This document shows positions 1 through 13,711 of a DNA stretch of 64,000 bases, piece by piece. Origin of the DNA: Octopus sinensis. Its lineage: Eukaryota. The stretch lies in assembly GCF_006345805.1 (NCBI RefSeq), contig NC_043000.1:143034001-143098000 (forward strand), read 5' to 3'. The notes under the pieces are model-generated. The model was not told where the DNA came from, did not search any database, and saw nothing but the letters and a program-made list of their open reading frames with translations. Each line of letters opens with the position of its first letter. The stretch's first letter is position 1. Made by a program: the position numbers and the translations under genes.

Positions 1-288
1 TCATGAAACATTAAAACAACTGCAGAAGATGCTTGAAGATATGGCCGGTATCATCATATTCAGAGAATTAACATCAGCAAATATCTGAGTTAGAGCAAAG
101 GTTTAAGGCTGAGTCCTTTCTGAAGCAAATAGCTTTTAGACTTTGTCTACAAATGAGCTTTTGCACTTGTATTCACACATTGATAACTAATCAACAAGCA
201 TACATATACACACATATTCCAGCATATATGTTATGCCTGTATACAAACATAACATTTTTAGATACATACATGCATATAGATTTACAAG

Positions 289-319
<31 letters not shown>

Positions 320-1182
320 AAATACATATTCAGACATATATATATATATATAATTGATCTCTATAATGTAATGCAAGAAAGCATTCCCTTGATGATCCAT
401 TGTAGTTAAGTACCTAATTGCACTTGGATCGTCCACTGGGGAAGATCCAATCAACCACTGTCTTGCAACATACACAGAGAACAAATGAAATAAAGTTGTG
501 CTTACCATAATTTCTCCTACATACACCACACACACAACAGACACATTAATCCATGCATATATATTTTTTTAGTATTCTGAGGTAAATTATCTCATATATA
601 TGATGAGTAAGTTTTAACTATAACATTACTTCTATATCTTTTATTAGTTTGTCTTTTTGAAACTGGGTCCAGACAAAATTGGCTGGACTGTGGATTTGCC
701 TAAATTTGATTGTCTTTTATAAGGATTCTAGGATGATGGCTTTCAAAATGTTGATCTCAGTCTGACTTTAAATGTATGTACTACTTCAACTTCACTTATC
801 GTTTATTTTCTATTTACTTCTATTTCTATGGTTGATTTTGTTTGTTTTTTTTCCATTCTTAATACTTTATTTTTAATGTTTTAATTATTGTAGTGAAACA
901 AAAGAATTGTCTTGCATTAAAATTCTGTGAATATCCTCTTCAAAATTAGAAAATATTTTGTTTTTATGGCATTCCAAAACTTTAGGTTTCCTAGTTGTGT
1001 GTTGAATTAGTGCGTGCATTCATACACACCACACACAGTTGTCTTGTGTGTATACATGCATACATACATATTGAAATTTAATTTGCTTGGTTTTAATAAT
1101 AGAGTGTATATTTGACATCATATACAAAATATTCACACACACACATATATATATATGTATGTATGTATGTATATACATATAT

Positions 1183-1216
<34 letters not shown>

Positions 1217-3015
1217 TTGTACTGTATATACACATGCATTATGTATATAGCTGTGTCACTTAATTTGAAGACAAGCACACTACTAATGGTTAAAGATTAT
1301 TTCCATTTATTTAATCACAATTCAGTATGTATATGAATAAAAAGAACTTTATTACTCTTTGAGTATTCTTAGTTTAAAAAGATTTTAATTAGCATTAACT
1401 TAATTACTGACAAAATTAATGAAGTTACCAAACTGAAAGTCAGCTTAAGGACATTATAGAAAAAAATTTATCATAATTTTAATATTTGATAGTGTATTAT
1501 GGCCCTGTGCCAGAATTGGAAACCAATATTTCCAAGTATATTTTATCACAATAAGTTAAGCTATTAATAACTGATAGACTGTATAATCTTATGACCTGTT
1601 TTGTTGGGCAAATGTAAATGTTTATAATTAGAAGCAAGATAATGAATTGTACATATGCATAAATTGAAATGCAGTTTTTGATCCATAGCTGCTAAAGTTG
1701 GACACTCGGTAACTCACCACGATGTGGAACATCTTCAGTTGAATTGGTGGTTATCCTGAATGTGTTTGACCAGGGCACCTATGAGAAACTGCTGTAAAAA
1801 CGGAATGATACTGTCACTAAGTTATCGGTGAAGAACAGGAAAATTACTCTTAATATTTTTAACAATGTTGGATTCAAAATTTCACATATGAACTGATATA
1901 AAACTCTTGAAAAATCAACTGAAGTAATTGAGGCTTGAAGGATGCATTACATATGAAAGAAGCATTTTCTATGGAAAACCAGATACCTGTATTTAGTTCA
2001 TTCAGAGCATGAAAATTAAATATTGTGAGACTAGTGAAACATTTTGTGATGAGATGAGATGAAATTTTATTTGTTTTGTTCTGATAGCTGAGTGTATATT
2101 TAAGATATTCACCCAGAGTGTATGAATCTGACAGTTATAGATAGTAGTTTGCAATGTCATGGCTTTAAGCTGCATGTTTAGCAAAAGAATAATTTCCATC
2201 TATCAGATCAATAACAACACAAACAGCACAACGATTCTTGAGATCTTGAATATTGTTCTGTTCCATATACGAAGTCATTTTCGGATAGTTAAGGATTTAT
2301 CAGTACATCATAGATCTTGAGCATACCACAGAAATAAGATAAAACTCATGAAAATCAAGAAAATCCGTGTGCTATCACGTTCAACACATTCTTTGCATTT
2401 GAATCTGATAACAAACCTTATGGAAATAGGTCAGAAAGAATATCCAACAAACGAAATAAAGGATTTAGAGTGAATTATAAGGCAAAAAAGCAGAATGAAA
2501 TTCCAGATATCATCATCTAAATTATTAATTCAATACCATGAAGATGAAATTTGGTTTCGAAATATTTCAGGTACCTGGCCAGATATCAGGAGTATATGAT
2601 TTTATTCTTCATTTGATTTAAATGTCCTTGAATTAAGTGACTTCCTTTAATTTTTCTGGTATTATTGATACTGGCAATAATTGCATCAAGCTACTTTATG
2701 TGTTTAAAAATGACATTTAAAAGACTAGAATACTTTCTATTTATTCATATATAGTTTCAGTTATGATTAAAATATTGGAAACAATGTTTCACCATGAGTG
2801 TAGTCTTGTCATTAAGTGATACCCCCACCTCTCTCTCTTTCAGTGTCTCTCTTATAAACATATACCTATACATACATATATACATATATATAAATATATA
2901 TATATATATGTATGTATGTATGTATTTATGTATGTACATATGTATGTACATGTATATAAATGTATATATATATATTCATATATATATTAATATATTATGT
3001 TATATTATATATATT

Positions 3016-3063
<48 letters not shown>

Positions 3064-3559
3064 TATATATATGTATGTATGTATACACACATACGTACAC
3101 ACACACATGCATATGTATGTCATATATCAATTTTTAGTGTATATAGTTATGACTGTAGATGTCAATGCAATTATGTCAATTTATATGTATATAAATGTAT
3201 ATAAATATTCATATATATATTTATATATTATGTTATATTATATTATATTTTATATACATATATATATATGTATGTATGTATACACATGTGTACACACACA
3301 CATATGCATATGTATGTCATATATCAATTTTTAGTGTATATATGTTTATGACTGTTACATGTCAATGCAATTATGTCCACATTTATGATAATCAATTCAA
3401 ATTTTCCATGCACTAACAAACACAAAATAATTATCTAGTAATCCAATCTTTTCAAAACGGTCAACTATACTTGGTTTGTATGTATTTGAAATACATTAGG
3501 GAAATGATATATCAGCTACATAATTTGATAAACAACATGTTGATAAACTACATCCACAA

Positions 3560-3698
<139 letters not shown>

Positions 3699-3794
3699 TT
3701 ATTGAATTTTTGACTGGAAACATTGATATCAAAACAGTTAAAAGGGGAACACTCTTTTCTTTTCTACTCTAGCCACAAGGCTCAAAATTTTTTT

Positions 3795-3975
3795 TTTGGG
3801 GGGGGGGGCAGGGACAGTCAATTAGACTGGTCCCAGTACACAAGTGGTACTTAATTTATTGACCACCCCAGAAGGATGAAAGGCAAAGTTGGCCTTGGCA
3901 GAATTTGAACTCAGAATGTAAAGACACATGAAATACGGCTTAGCATTTCATGCTAACGTTTCTGCCAGCTTGATG
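3795..3975 (-). mobile_element. Family 2 SINE, diverged
   Basis: GGTACTTAATTTATTGACC...GAATTTGAACTCAGAA...TTTCTGCCAGCT. Confidence 0.7.
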
Positions 3976-4455
3976 CCAAAAGGGGCCGTGGGGGCGAGGG
4001 GCATTACGAGCAGAATTAAACAGTTTCAAAATATTTTGGCAAAAAATGTTCCAGTCAACTTGGTATCAGGATTTGAGGTTCTATATTTTCCAGTTATTTA
4101 ACTATTGATATCCTGGTATAAAATATTTTTGGTTTAATCATCAATTTTTATATTGCCACTGAAAAAAATATTTGTGATATTTTTTCCTTCCTTGGCCTCA
4201 ATGTGTACTGTTTTAATAACGATGTATTGGCACACATACTTAGAAATCTCTCTCTCTCTCTCTCTCTCTCTCATTCTCCCCCTCTAATATATACTACATG
4301 CATACATACATACATATATATATATAATATATGTATATATATAGTAATATATATATTTATATACACACACACACACATATATATTAATATATATATATAC
4401 TTATATATATGTGTATATATAATATATATATATTATAATATATATATTATACTTA

Positions 4456-4486
<31 letters not shown>

Positions 4487-5182
4487 CTATTTAACTGGCA
4501 CAATACACACATACACACACATATATATATATATGTGTGTGGTGTGTGTGTATGCATGCAAATATATGTGGAAACAAATCTGTGCTTGCTTGCGTGCATG
4601 TCCATTTGCATTTCACATTCCTATTTCTGTCTTTGTATGGGTAAGATGAATACATTAGCAAAGCATTTTTTTTTACTGCCAGGTGCTCTTCTTCTTGCTA
4701 ACCATTTTCAAAAAAGGGGTCTCTTTTCCACTGCTACTTCAAAGGTGTGAACTGAGCCAATGAGTTGTTGACAGGAGAACAGGCAATAACAATGCTGTCC
4801 ATATTGAAGGTTTTTGTAAAAGGGAGCAAGATGTAAATAATCACGTACACACATATATACACACACACACATACACACACACACACGTAATCATACACAT
4901 ATGTACACACACATGCACAAACTCACCACATACATTCACATATATCCACAAACTCACACACACAGACAGAATAATTCCCTTTCAGTTTCTATATACCAAA
5001 GCCACATACAACGTTGTGCCCAACTCAGAGTGAAATCGAACCTAAACACATATGAATAGGAATCAAATTGGTTAACCACATGGCCATGCATGCACCTTTT
5101 GTATCTATTTATCTATCTATCTATCTGTCTATATATATATATATATGTATATATATATTCTCTTAGACAACTCACATGAGTG

Positions 5183-5216
<34 letters not shown>

Positions 5217-5619
5217 CATATATCATATATGGACAGATACATACACAAATATACAGGCACAAACACAATACTTGCTTGTCACTACACCATACATGTAGCT
5301 TATGCCGATGCAATCAAATGACACCTATGTGTTGCCTTAAATGAACATTCTTAAGTGAGAATCACAGAGCAGCAGTTGAGTGAATCATCAGCATTAAGCG
5401 CCAAGATTATAGTGTATCCAGAGATACATCCACATAGAAATTAAAGAGTGTGTGTGTGTGTGTGTGTGTGTACATGTATATCTCTATAGGCATATACTTG
5501 TGTTCCCATGCATATATATATATGGCATATGCATGCACATATTTAAATGGAGATAAGAGAGAGAGAGAGATAAAAAGAGAGAGAGAGACAGTTATACAAA
5601 TATGTATATACTATATATA

Positions 5620-5666
<47 letters not shown>

Positions 5667-5911
5667 CATATATATTATATATATATATTATATATATATA
5701 TTTATATGTATATATATGTATGTACGTATGAATGTATATGTGTATGTATATATGCATATATAATATATATATACATATATATACATATATATACATATAT
5801 ATATATATATGTTATATATATGCATACATACATATATACATTCATACATATATAGATACATATATATATACAAATATACATTTATATATATATGCATATA
5901 TATACACACAC

Positions 5912-5945
<34 letters not shown>

Positions 5946-6219
5946 GTATGTATATATATGAAAACTCGCTACATTTGCATTTCATTCCTAGCATACCTGG
6001 ATAGAAGGAAAATTCGGTGGGTGGGCTAAGAAAAAAAAAACATCCATATATTTTTAATACCATTTATTTGATGATTTTGGATATAATCTTAACAACAACA
6101 AAATGAACAAATGTCTTAGAAATATTTCAACTTTATTATTGATCTGTTAAATGACATATTAGTTTGTTGTTGCTTATTGTTTTATGAGATATATAATATA
6201 TATATATATATATATATGT

Positions 6220-6268
<49 letters not shown>

Positions 6269-6667
6269 TATGTGTTGTGTGTGATGCAGATTAGTAGAAA
6301 TATTAATTTACATATTTTTAATTCTTATTTAAAACCTAGTTTTATATTATAACTTGCTTCTTATATACCATGCTTTGCATTCTCTTCAAAGATATATATC
6401 TTTATAATGGTACCCATGCATGTCTATGTGTATGTGTGTGTAGTAAAAGATTAGCGGTATAAAATATATCAAAAAACAATAAACATTGGACTCAGTATAT
6501 CCGTTAGGTCTAATTATTATTATAAGTTTTGTTGATAGTCATTTTGGAATTTTATCTGCGGTGGCTTATTCAAGATTAGTTTGAATAATTCACTGCAAGT
6601 GAAACCTTGATATTATTATCAACAAAATTATGTACATATATGTATATATATACACACACACACACAC

Positions 6668-6740
<73 letters not shown>

Positions 6741-7736
6741 TATATATAATATATATATATATTTACATATATATATATATATTGTGTTAGTAATACCAGC
6801 GATTATATATTTTTATTTTATCGCATTTGATATATATATATATATTATATATATATATATATATTTACATACATATATATATATATGTTTATATGTATAT
6901 ATATTATATATATATATATATATATAATATATATATATACATATGTATGTATGTATGTATGTATGTGTACACACAACAGTTAAGATTATGTGCTGTGTGT
7001 TTCTGTGTGTATCTTTATGCATGTATGTGCCTGCATGCTCACATGCATATATGTATTCATGTATATATAAACAGACATACGTCTAAATTAGCCTCGCAAA
7101 TTTTTCTTCAAATGCCATCTTATTCTTATGTTCCTTAGATGCTCCGTTGCACCTCATAAGTGAGCCACAAATCATAGATCCTGCTTCCTCACTTATTCAC
7201 CAATGCACTTCGATTTTGAAGGGCAAATACAAAATAGGTAGGCATGATATTTTAAGGCTGATTACCTCCCCTCGAATAAAAAATAAAGAAAACGCCAAAG
7301 AAAAGAATTTAGCTGAAGGCATTTATCAAGTTATATGTATACACACTGTACACGTACATTCATGAGTGCCACATACTATCATCCCAAAGAGCAAATTGCT
7401 GAATCCTCAAAATGTCTCAGTATCTTGGTTTTTTGTACAAATGTATTTATTTTCTGGGTGGTGTGAATTGTGTGTATGTGTGTACGCATGCATCTGTGTG
7501 CATGTGTATGTAATAAATGTAATATGCAAGCACCTAATTTGCTTTGTATATCCTGATGTCCGAAACTTCATCCTATGTTTATCACATAGATTCTGTCAAA
7601 GCTCTGACTTATTTAACTCTCAGCTAATCATTTATTGAGCACTTTTGTGGCATTATATCTTGTGTTTAGTATTGGGCATATGTATGAATACTACCTGTCT
7701 ACCTGTGTGTAAGTGCATGCATGTATGCTTTCATAT

Positions 7737-7767
<31 letters not shown>

Positions 7768-8853
7768 AATTTCATCTACATATATAATGCAGTTTATTTA
7801 TATCAATGTGCTGATATAATGCACATTTGATTCTGTTTACATATATATGTAATCTATATCTAGGTATCTATGTATATTTATTTATCTAACTTTACACTCG
7901 CATATACACCTGTAATCTTAGTTATCACACATTTATATAAATATATATTTGTGTGTGCATGAATGAGGATGTTTGCCCATGTTATCTATATGTGTGTGCG
8001 TGTGTGTATGTGTTTATGTATGTATATATATGTACATTTTCCTGTCTTCATATATAGCTTAAATAGATTGAAAAAATTAAGCCTAGAGATGTATGTATTT
8101 GTGTGTGTATACACGCACAAACAAACAAACACCCATAAATGTATGTTCACATGCGAAAACTTTAAATTTGCTAGAGTTTTTGTAAATTAATTCATTTTGT
8201 ACATGCATACATATGTTTTAATCTAACATAGTTATTTCAGCTTGTATTTTCTTGACACTTCTGGAACGGCAGCATATGGAAACACAAACGATATGCCTGT
8301 ACAGGTTTATATGATGTTGTACATGCATTTTTAAGTTTTATAAGCTATTGTGGCCATGCTCAAAATCATTGTGTCACACACAACACACGTATGCCTAACA
8401 ATATACAGATACTTTCATGCGCACACACATACCAGCATATACATGTATTAAAAGAAATTTCTCATACTTAGTTTCAAGTAATATTTTGAGAACTTTTTCA
8501 AGACTCCCTCTTCTGCCAAAAGAAATCAAACCATAAAAGAAAAAAAAAAATATAAGAAAACATAAAAGAAATTGGTTTTGTTTCTTTCTCAAAATTTGGT
8601 ACATTTTTTTTTTGTCTTTCTTCTTGAAACTATTGTTGTTATTTCATCTGTCATACAATTTCTGCTGTCCTGTTTTCTGATTTTGTTTTAGAATTTATGC
8701 TATATTTTTTTTTTTTATCATATGTATACATTTTCTCCTTTCTTTTTCTTCATATTTTTGTTTGTTTTGTAATCTCAAACCTTTGATTTTTCACTGGATT
8801 CAAGTGGAAGACTCTCAAGCTTTAGTTAAAATCACGCCGGTTTTTAAAAAATT

Positions 8854-8966
8854 TTATATGCAACAAACTTGCGAAATGGCGAGAAGAAGAGAGAAGCAGG
8901 AAAAAAGTAAATCGGTAATTGGTTTCTTGCATCCGGATCCCAAAGCTGCTGAGGATTCTGATTGGC
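8854..8966 (-). CDS. Terminal coding exon with GPI-anchor addition signal
   Basis: Strong acceptor gttttttttttctttctcatttatgcatttacag|GC; phase-1 reading (G)QSESSAALGSGCKKPITDLLFSCFSLLLAISQVCCI-stop (TAA at 8856-8854): small-residue omega region, short spacer, hydrophobic C-terminus. Confidence 0.85.
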
Positions 8967-9084
8967 CTGTAAATGCATAAATGAGAAAGAAAAAAAAAAC
9001 ATTATGTAAAAAACAATAAATAAGCAAGCAAAAAAAAAAATGAAGTAATACATGTTAATTTAAATGGCACTTTATTCCCACATT

Positions 9085-9436
9085 CATTTTTTTTTTTTTT
9101 GACCCCCTTCGGTCAGACACTGACAATGGGTTTGCACCTAGAGAGTTACCCTCTGAGGCACAACTCTGGGCAAGGTTGTTTTATGGAAGACCAGCAGTCG
9201 CCCATGCATACCGGTCTCCCCTCTCCACGTCACCGATGTTGTCCAATGGAAAGGCAAGGGCCGATACAGCTTGGCACCTGTGACATCGCAACTCATTTCT
9301 ACAGCTGAGTGAACTGGAGCAACGTGAAATAAAGTGTCTTGCTCAAGAACACAACACGCAACCCGGTTCGAGATTTGAGCTCACAACCTCACGATTGTAA
9401 GCTCGACGCTCTAATCACTGAGCCACGCGCCCTCAC
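9085..9436 (-). mobile_element. tRNA-derived SINE family 5 (V/Meta-domain-like core) with poly(A) tail, about 120 nt upstream of the GPI exon acceptor
   Basis: Minus strand GGCGCGTGGCTCAGTGATTAGAGCG...GAGCTCAAATCTC...GTGTTGTGTTCTTGAGCAAGACACTTTATTTCACGTTGCTCCAGTTCACTCAGCTG...A(n). Confidence 0.8.
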
Positions 9437-9849
9437 ATTCATATATGAAAATTATTAATATAATGCAAAAGAAATTGTTGTCAAAGTTATCTGATGTTTG
9501 GACAGAACTGCTCAGCCTGTAGTGGCTAATAAATAATCAGGTAATATTTATTCATAAGAAAATTTGAAACGTAACCTTTAGAATTAACAAGGTAACATTG
9601 TTGCTAGTTAATTTATACATATTTAACAAATCAAGCTGCAAAATTAAAATCCTCTTTTTGTTCCACGACTTGTATTTTATAATTAAAAATGGAAATATTT
9701 TCATTCATTTTATTGGAGAAAAAGTCCACTGCTGGCAAAAGCATTCTCCCTTAAGGCAATATCAACTTCAATGTTTGCAAGCTGTCTAGATCTTGTATAA
9801 ATTATAAATTATAAATCTTGTGAAGTTTTATTATTATCATTATCATTTA

Positions 9850-10710
9850 AGGCAGTGAGCTGGCAGAATCATTAACACACCTAGCAAAATGCTTAGCAGC
9901 ATTTTTTCTTTACATCCTGAGTTCAAATTCAACCAAGGTCAACTTTACCTTTCACCCTTTCAGGGTCAGTAAAAGAAGTACTAGTTGATCACTGGGGTCG
10001 ATGTAATCACCTTATACCCCTTCCCAAAACCTGCTGGCCTTGTGCCAAAACTTGAAAATATAATAATTATGGTCATTAACCCTTTCTTACTGTATTTATT
10101 TTGAGATGTTCTGTGTTTCTCTCAATTACTTTAATTATAACAAAGAATTTTGTAAAATAACTTAGTTATCATTAAGCTAGTGTTAGGAACAGTAATTGTG
10201 TCTAAAGTTTGGTGGAAGATTTTAATTCAAAACTTATGAAAAGAAGATATTTGTACTATAGAGCCAGAGCCGGTTTCAGCCAGGTTGGTAACGAAAGGGT
10301 TAAGGTAGTGAGCTTCATAAATATTATTGCACCAGACAAAATTCTGCCAGGTTGACTACCTTTTGTTCATTCAGGATTGATGAAATAAGTACCAGTTGGA
10401 CACTGGGTTCGATGTACTTAATTAGCAAAGCCTTCCCTGAAATTTGAGGCCTTGTGCCTATAGTAGAAAGACTCACCATCATTATTATTAAAGTCATGAG
10501 CTGCCAGAATAGGTCACACATTGGATGAAATGCATAGCAACATTTCCTCTGGTGCCTTACTTTCTTAGTTCAAATCTTACTGTGGTCAGCTTTATCTTTC
10601 TTCCTTTCAGAAGTTATAAAGTAAAGTACCAGTCCAGTTCTAGGTTCAATGTTATAAACTAACCCTCTCTCCCTAAATGTTGCTGGCCTTGTGATAAAAT
10701 CAGAAAGAAT
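9850..10710 (+). mobile_element. Cluster of three older family 2 SINE copies (9850-10058, 10303-10470, 10490-10710) around a MITE
   Basis: Repeated GAGCTGGCAGAATC...GTTCAAAT...AGTACCAGT...GGCCTTGTG pattern. Confidence 0.7.
10080..10299. mobile_element. piggyBac-type MITE (TTAA TSD)
   Basis: TTAA|CCCTTTCTTAC...GTAACGAAAGGG|TTAA; 220 bp; homologous copy at 60161-60382. Confidence 0.85.
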
Positions 10711-11932
10711 TATCATTTCATTACTGTTGCCATTTTATTATTATTATTATTATCATTTTATTTATTTGGTATGCTAAGAAAGTAGAATTAATAACTTTTA
10801 CCCAGAGGTATAATATAAATTATGTGCACTGAAATACAGAGACACTGAAATATAAAACCAGATTAACTCAACCATTATGTATTTTAGCATATAAAATAAT
10901 GGTTTTGCAATCAAGCAGAAATCTATTTTGCCATGCATTTCAATTTAAGTCATTTAGTCAAATAAATCATACAATTACTGGCTATAGGTAATAATTTGGA
11001 ACTCAATGGCAAAAAGGCTAAGTATGTTATTGTTTGAGACATTTCCACATAAAAATAATGAAATGTAAAATTGATATAAATTAACTGCTAAGATTTTCAA
11101 TGTAATTTGTGTCAGAATTGAAGTGAATGGGATTGTTTGTCTTTTCTGGTCTAAATTGCTGCTTATAATATCTATTATCACTTGATGCGGTAGTATTTAT
11201 TTAGAAGTAAGTATTTATATATATGTTCTAGATTTTCTATATAACAATTGTTGAGGATAAATTAAATTGACAAGAAAATTGTAGGTACACATCTGCTTTC
11301 AAATTCTTTTGAGCTATACTTCACTTACCACAATTTTCCTTACCTAGCTTGATGAAATAAATACTATTGATTTTGTTTGATTATTTCTATAATTTGGTAG
11401 GCTGTCTCTATAGTTCGCAGACCCTCTCTGAAGTCACTAATCTTGCTGCTATAAATAACAGTCAAATCTACCTGAAATCATAGTCTGTATTAACAAAGAA
11501 AGGACACGCTGCTCAATATACTTCCTGATATACAAACTGATAGAATGATGATTCCAACAAACTATTAATCACAGGTCTGCCTCATCAATGCTGATATCAG
11601 GCTAAGAAACTACAGCAATTAGCTACATATATAATAACATCTGTGAAATCATTGACATTATTTTTGTTTGGATGGAAAACAATAATCTTAATTTGAAATT
11701 TATGTACTTCAGCACAGGTTTAGCTGTGTGCTGTTGTTGTTGTTAAGCAGCAAGATGGATAAGGGTGATTAGGTGTTGGTGTAGGGCTCAGGGGCGGGAG
11801 ACCCCAGACCTTGGAAAAAAAAAAACTTTGATTGTCTTGTAGTCGAGGGCTCTTTGTTAACGCCCGACACCACTGGGAGGTGGCCCTCGAAATCGCTGGA
11901 ATTGGTGATCTCCAGGTCCAAATTCTTGGATG

Positions 11933-12210
11933 GCTAGCTGTGTGCTTGAGAAGCTTGCTTCCCAACTGTGTGAATTTAGGTTCAACCCCACTGCGTGGCT
12001 CCTTGGGCAAGTGTCTTCTACCATAGCCCAGATCAAGCAAAGCCTTGTTAATGGATTTGGTAGAAAAGAACTGAAAGAAGCTTCTTGTGTTATGTGTGTT
12101 TATGCTTGTGTTGTCCCCCACTGCTCGACAACTGGTGTTTGTTTATGTCTTCATAACTTAGCAGTTTGACAAAAGTGACCAACAGAATAAGTACCAAGCT
12201 TAAATATAAA
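11933..12210 (+). mobile_element. SINE family 1-related, diverged
   Basis: GGTTCAACCCCACTGCGTGGCTCCTTGGGCAAGTGTCTTCTAC...AATAAGTACCAAGCTT. Confidence 0.7.
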
Positions 12211-13044
12211 TACAGTAATGCCTCAATATATGAGTTAATTGATTTCCAGAGTTTGCTTGTAAATTGAAAACTCATAAAGCAGAGCAATAATTTCCCATAG
12301 TAGCAATGTTATAAATCATAATTTTTTATCAGAAAAATATTATTTTACCCATAAAATTTATAATACTCCTGAATTAATGGCAATAAAACAACAGTAGAGT
12401 GCAAAGAATATTTTGTGTAATGTAAAAAGAATGTCGAGATAATTTATAATAAAAAAAATATTTTTATAATCGTTTTCTGAATCACTTTCACTCGCACCAA
12501 CACTCGTAGACACCATCACTTGTAGATGTAATTGCTGATTCACAAGCACTCATAGACAGACTTGTAGATTTCTTTGTAAAAAAAGTTGAGAATTGCTTGT
12601 TTAGAAGATTTTTTTCTCTCTCTATAAATTTCTTGGTAATACACAGAAGCATTTGTTATGGTAGTAGAAACTTTCACACATCATTCCAAATTTGGAACTT
12701 GTGCTTGGAAAAAAAAACTCATAAACTTGGGGTCTCATAAAGTGAAGTATTACTGTACTGGGATTGATATGTTCCACTAAACCGTTCAAGGCAGTACCTC
12801 AGCATGGCTGTATTCCAATGAGTGAAACAAGTAAATCATATAAGTTTTGGGAACCAGACGATTGTAAAATGTATGGCTCAAAGTACCTAAATTACTACAT
12901 GGAAGTCTCAGTAAGACCAATTTTACAAAGTGAATAATTCCAAATTATGTCTATCTCAATTCTTTTCTTTCTGTTTCAAAGTTACATACAAACAGGACAA
13001 TTTTAAGATTCCTATATACATTAGATAGGAGTAGCTCTGCAAAA

Positions 13045-13136
13045 AACTGAACCGCTAAGTTACGGGGATGTAAACACATCAGCATCGGTTGTCAAGCAAT
13101 GTTGGGGGGACAAACACAGATGCACAACATATACAT

Positions 13137-13181
<45 letters not shown>

Positions 13182-13345
13182 CGAAGGGCTTCTTTCAGTT
13201 TCTGTCTACCAAATCTACTCACAAGGCTTTGGTCAGCCCTAGGCTATAGCAGAAGACATTTGCCCAAGTTGCCACGCAGTGGGACTGAACCTGGAACCAT
13301 GTGGTTGGTAAGCTAGCTACTTACCACATACCCATTCCTGCACCT
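13045..13345 (-). mobile_element. SINE family 1, 3'-truncated
   Basis: Reverse-complement match to 17700-18117. Confidence 0.85.
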
Positions 13346-13522
13346 ATAATGGTCACTTTCTGGCATTGCTGTTAATTTAATGAAATCCATTGCCAACTTT
13401 GGAATTATAATATTAACCAATGTACAAAACATAGCAACAGTAACTATTTTCTTTGTTCTTTCAACATGCCAGGTTCCAACTCTGAACAAAGTCTAAGTGA
13501 TAGGTTTCCCATGGAAAATGTT

Positions 13523-13711
13523 GCTTAAATTATAAGTTTATTATTTTCCAGAAAGCTTAAATTATAAGTTTATTATTTTCCAGAAAGCTTAAATTATAAG
13601 TTTATTATTTTCCAGAAAGCTTAAATTATAAGTTTATTATTTTCCAGAAAGCTTAAATTATAAGTTTATTATTTTCCAGAAAGCTTAAATTATAAGTTTA
13701 TAATTTTCAGA
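13523..13711. repeat. 32-bp minisatellite, 5 perfect units plus 1 diverged unit
   Basis: GCTTAAATTATAAGTTTATTATTTTCCAGAAA starting at 13523, 13555, 13587, 13619, 13651 and 13683. Confidence 0.95.

Noticed and set aside
507-517. 11-nt microexon GAGAAATTATG between tgtag and gtaagc on the minus strand
   Set aside because: The acceptor lacks a pyrimidine tract and no convincing reading frame links it to neighbouring candidates.
4682-4750. Plus-strand acceptor followed by GALLLANHFQKRGLFSTATSKV, superficially neuropeptide-like
   Set aside because: Short and isolated, with no partner exon in phase; a single KR is expected by chance.
8762-9053. ORFs 8762-8980 (+) and 8844-9053 (-)
   Set aside because: They are the antisense and out-of-phase readings of the GPI exon; only the phase-1 frame fits the upstream exon.
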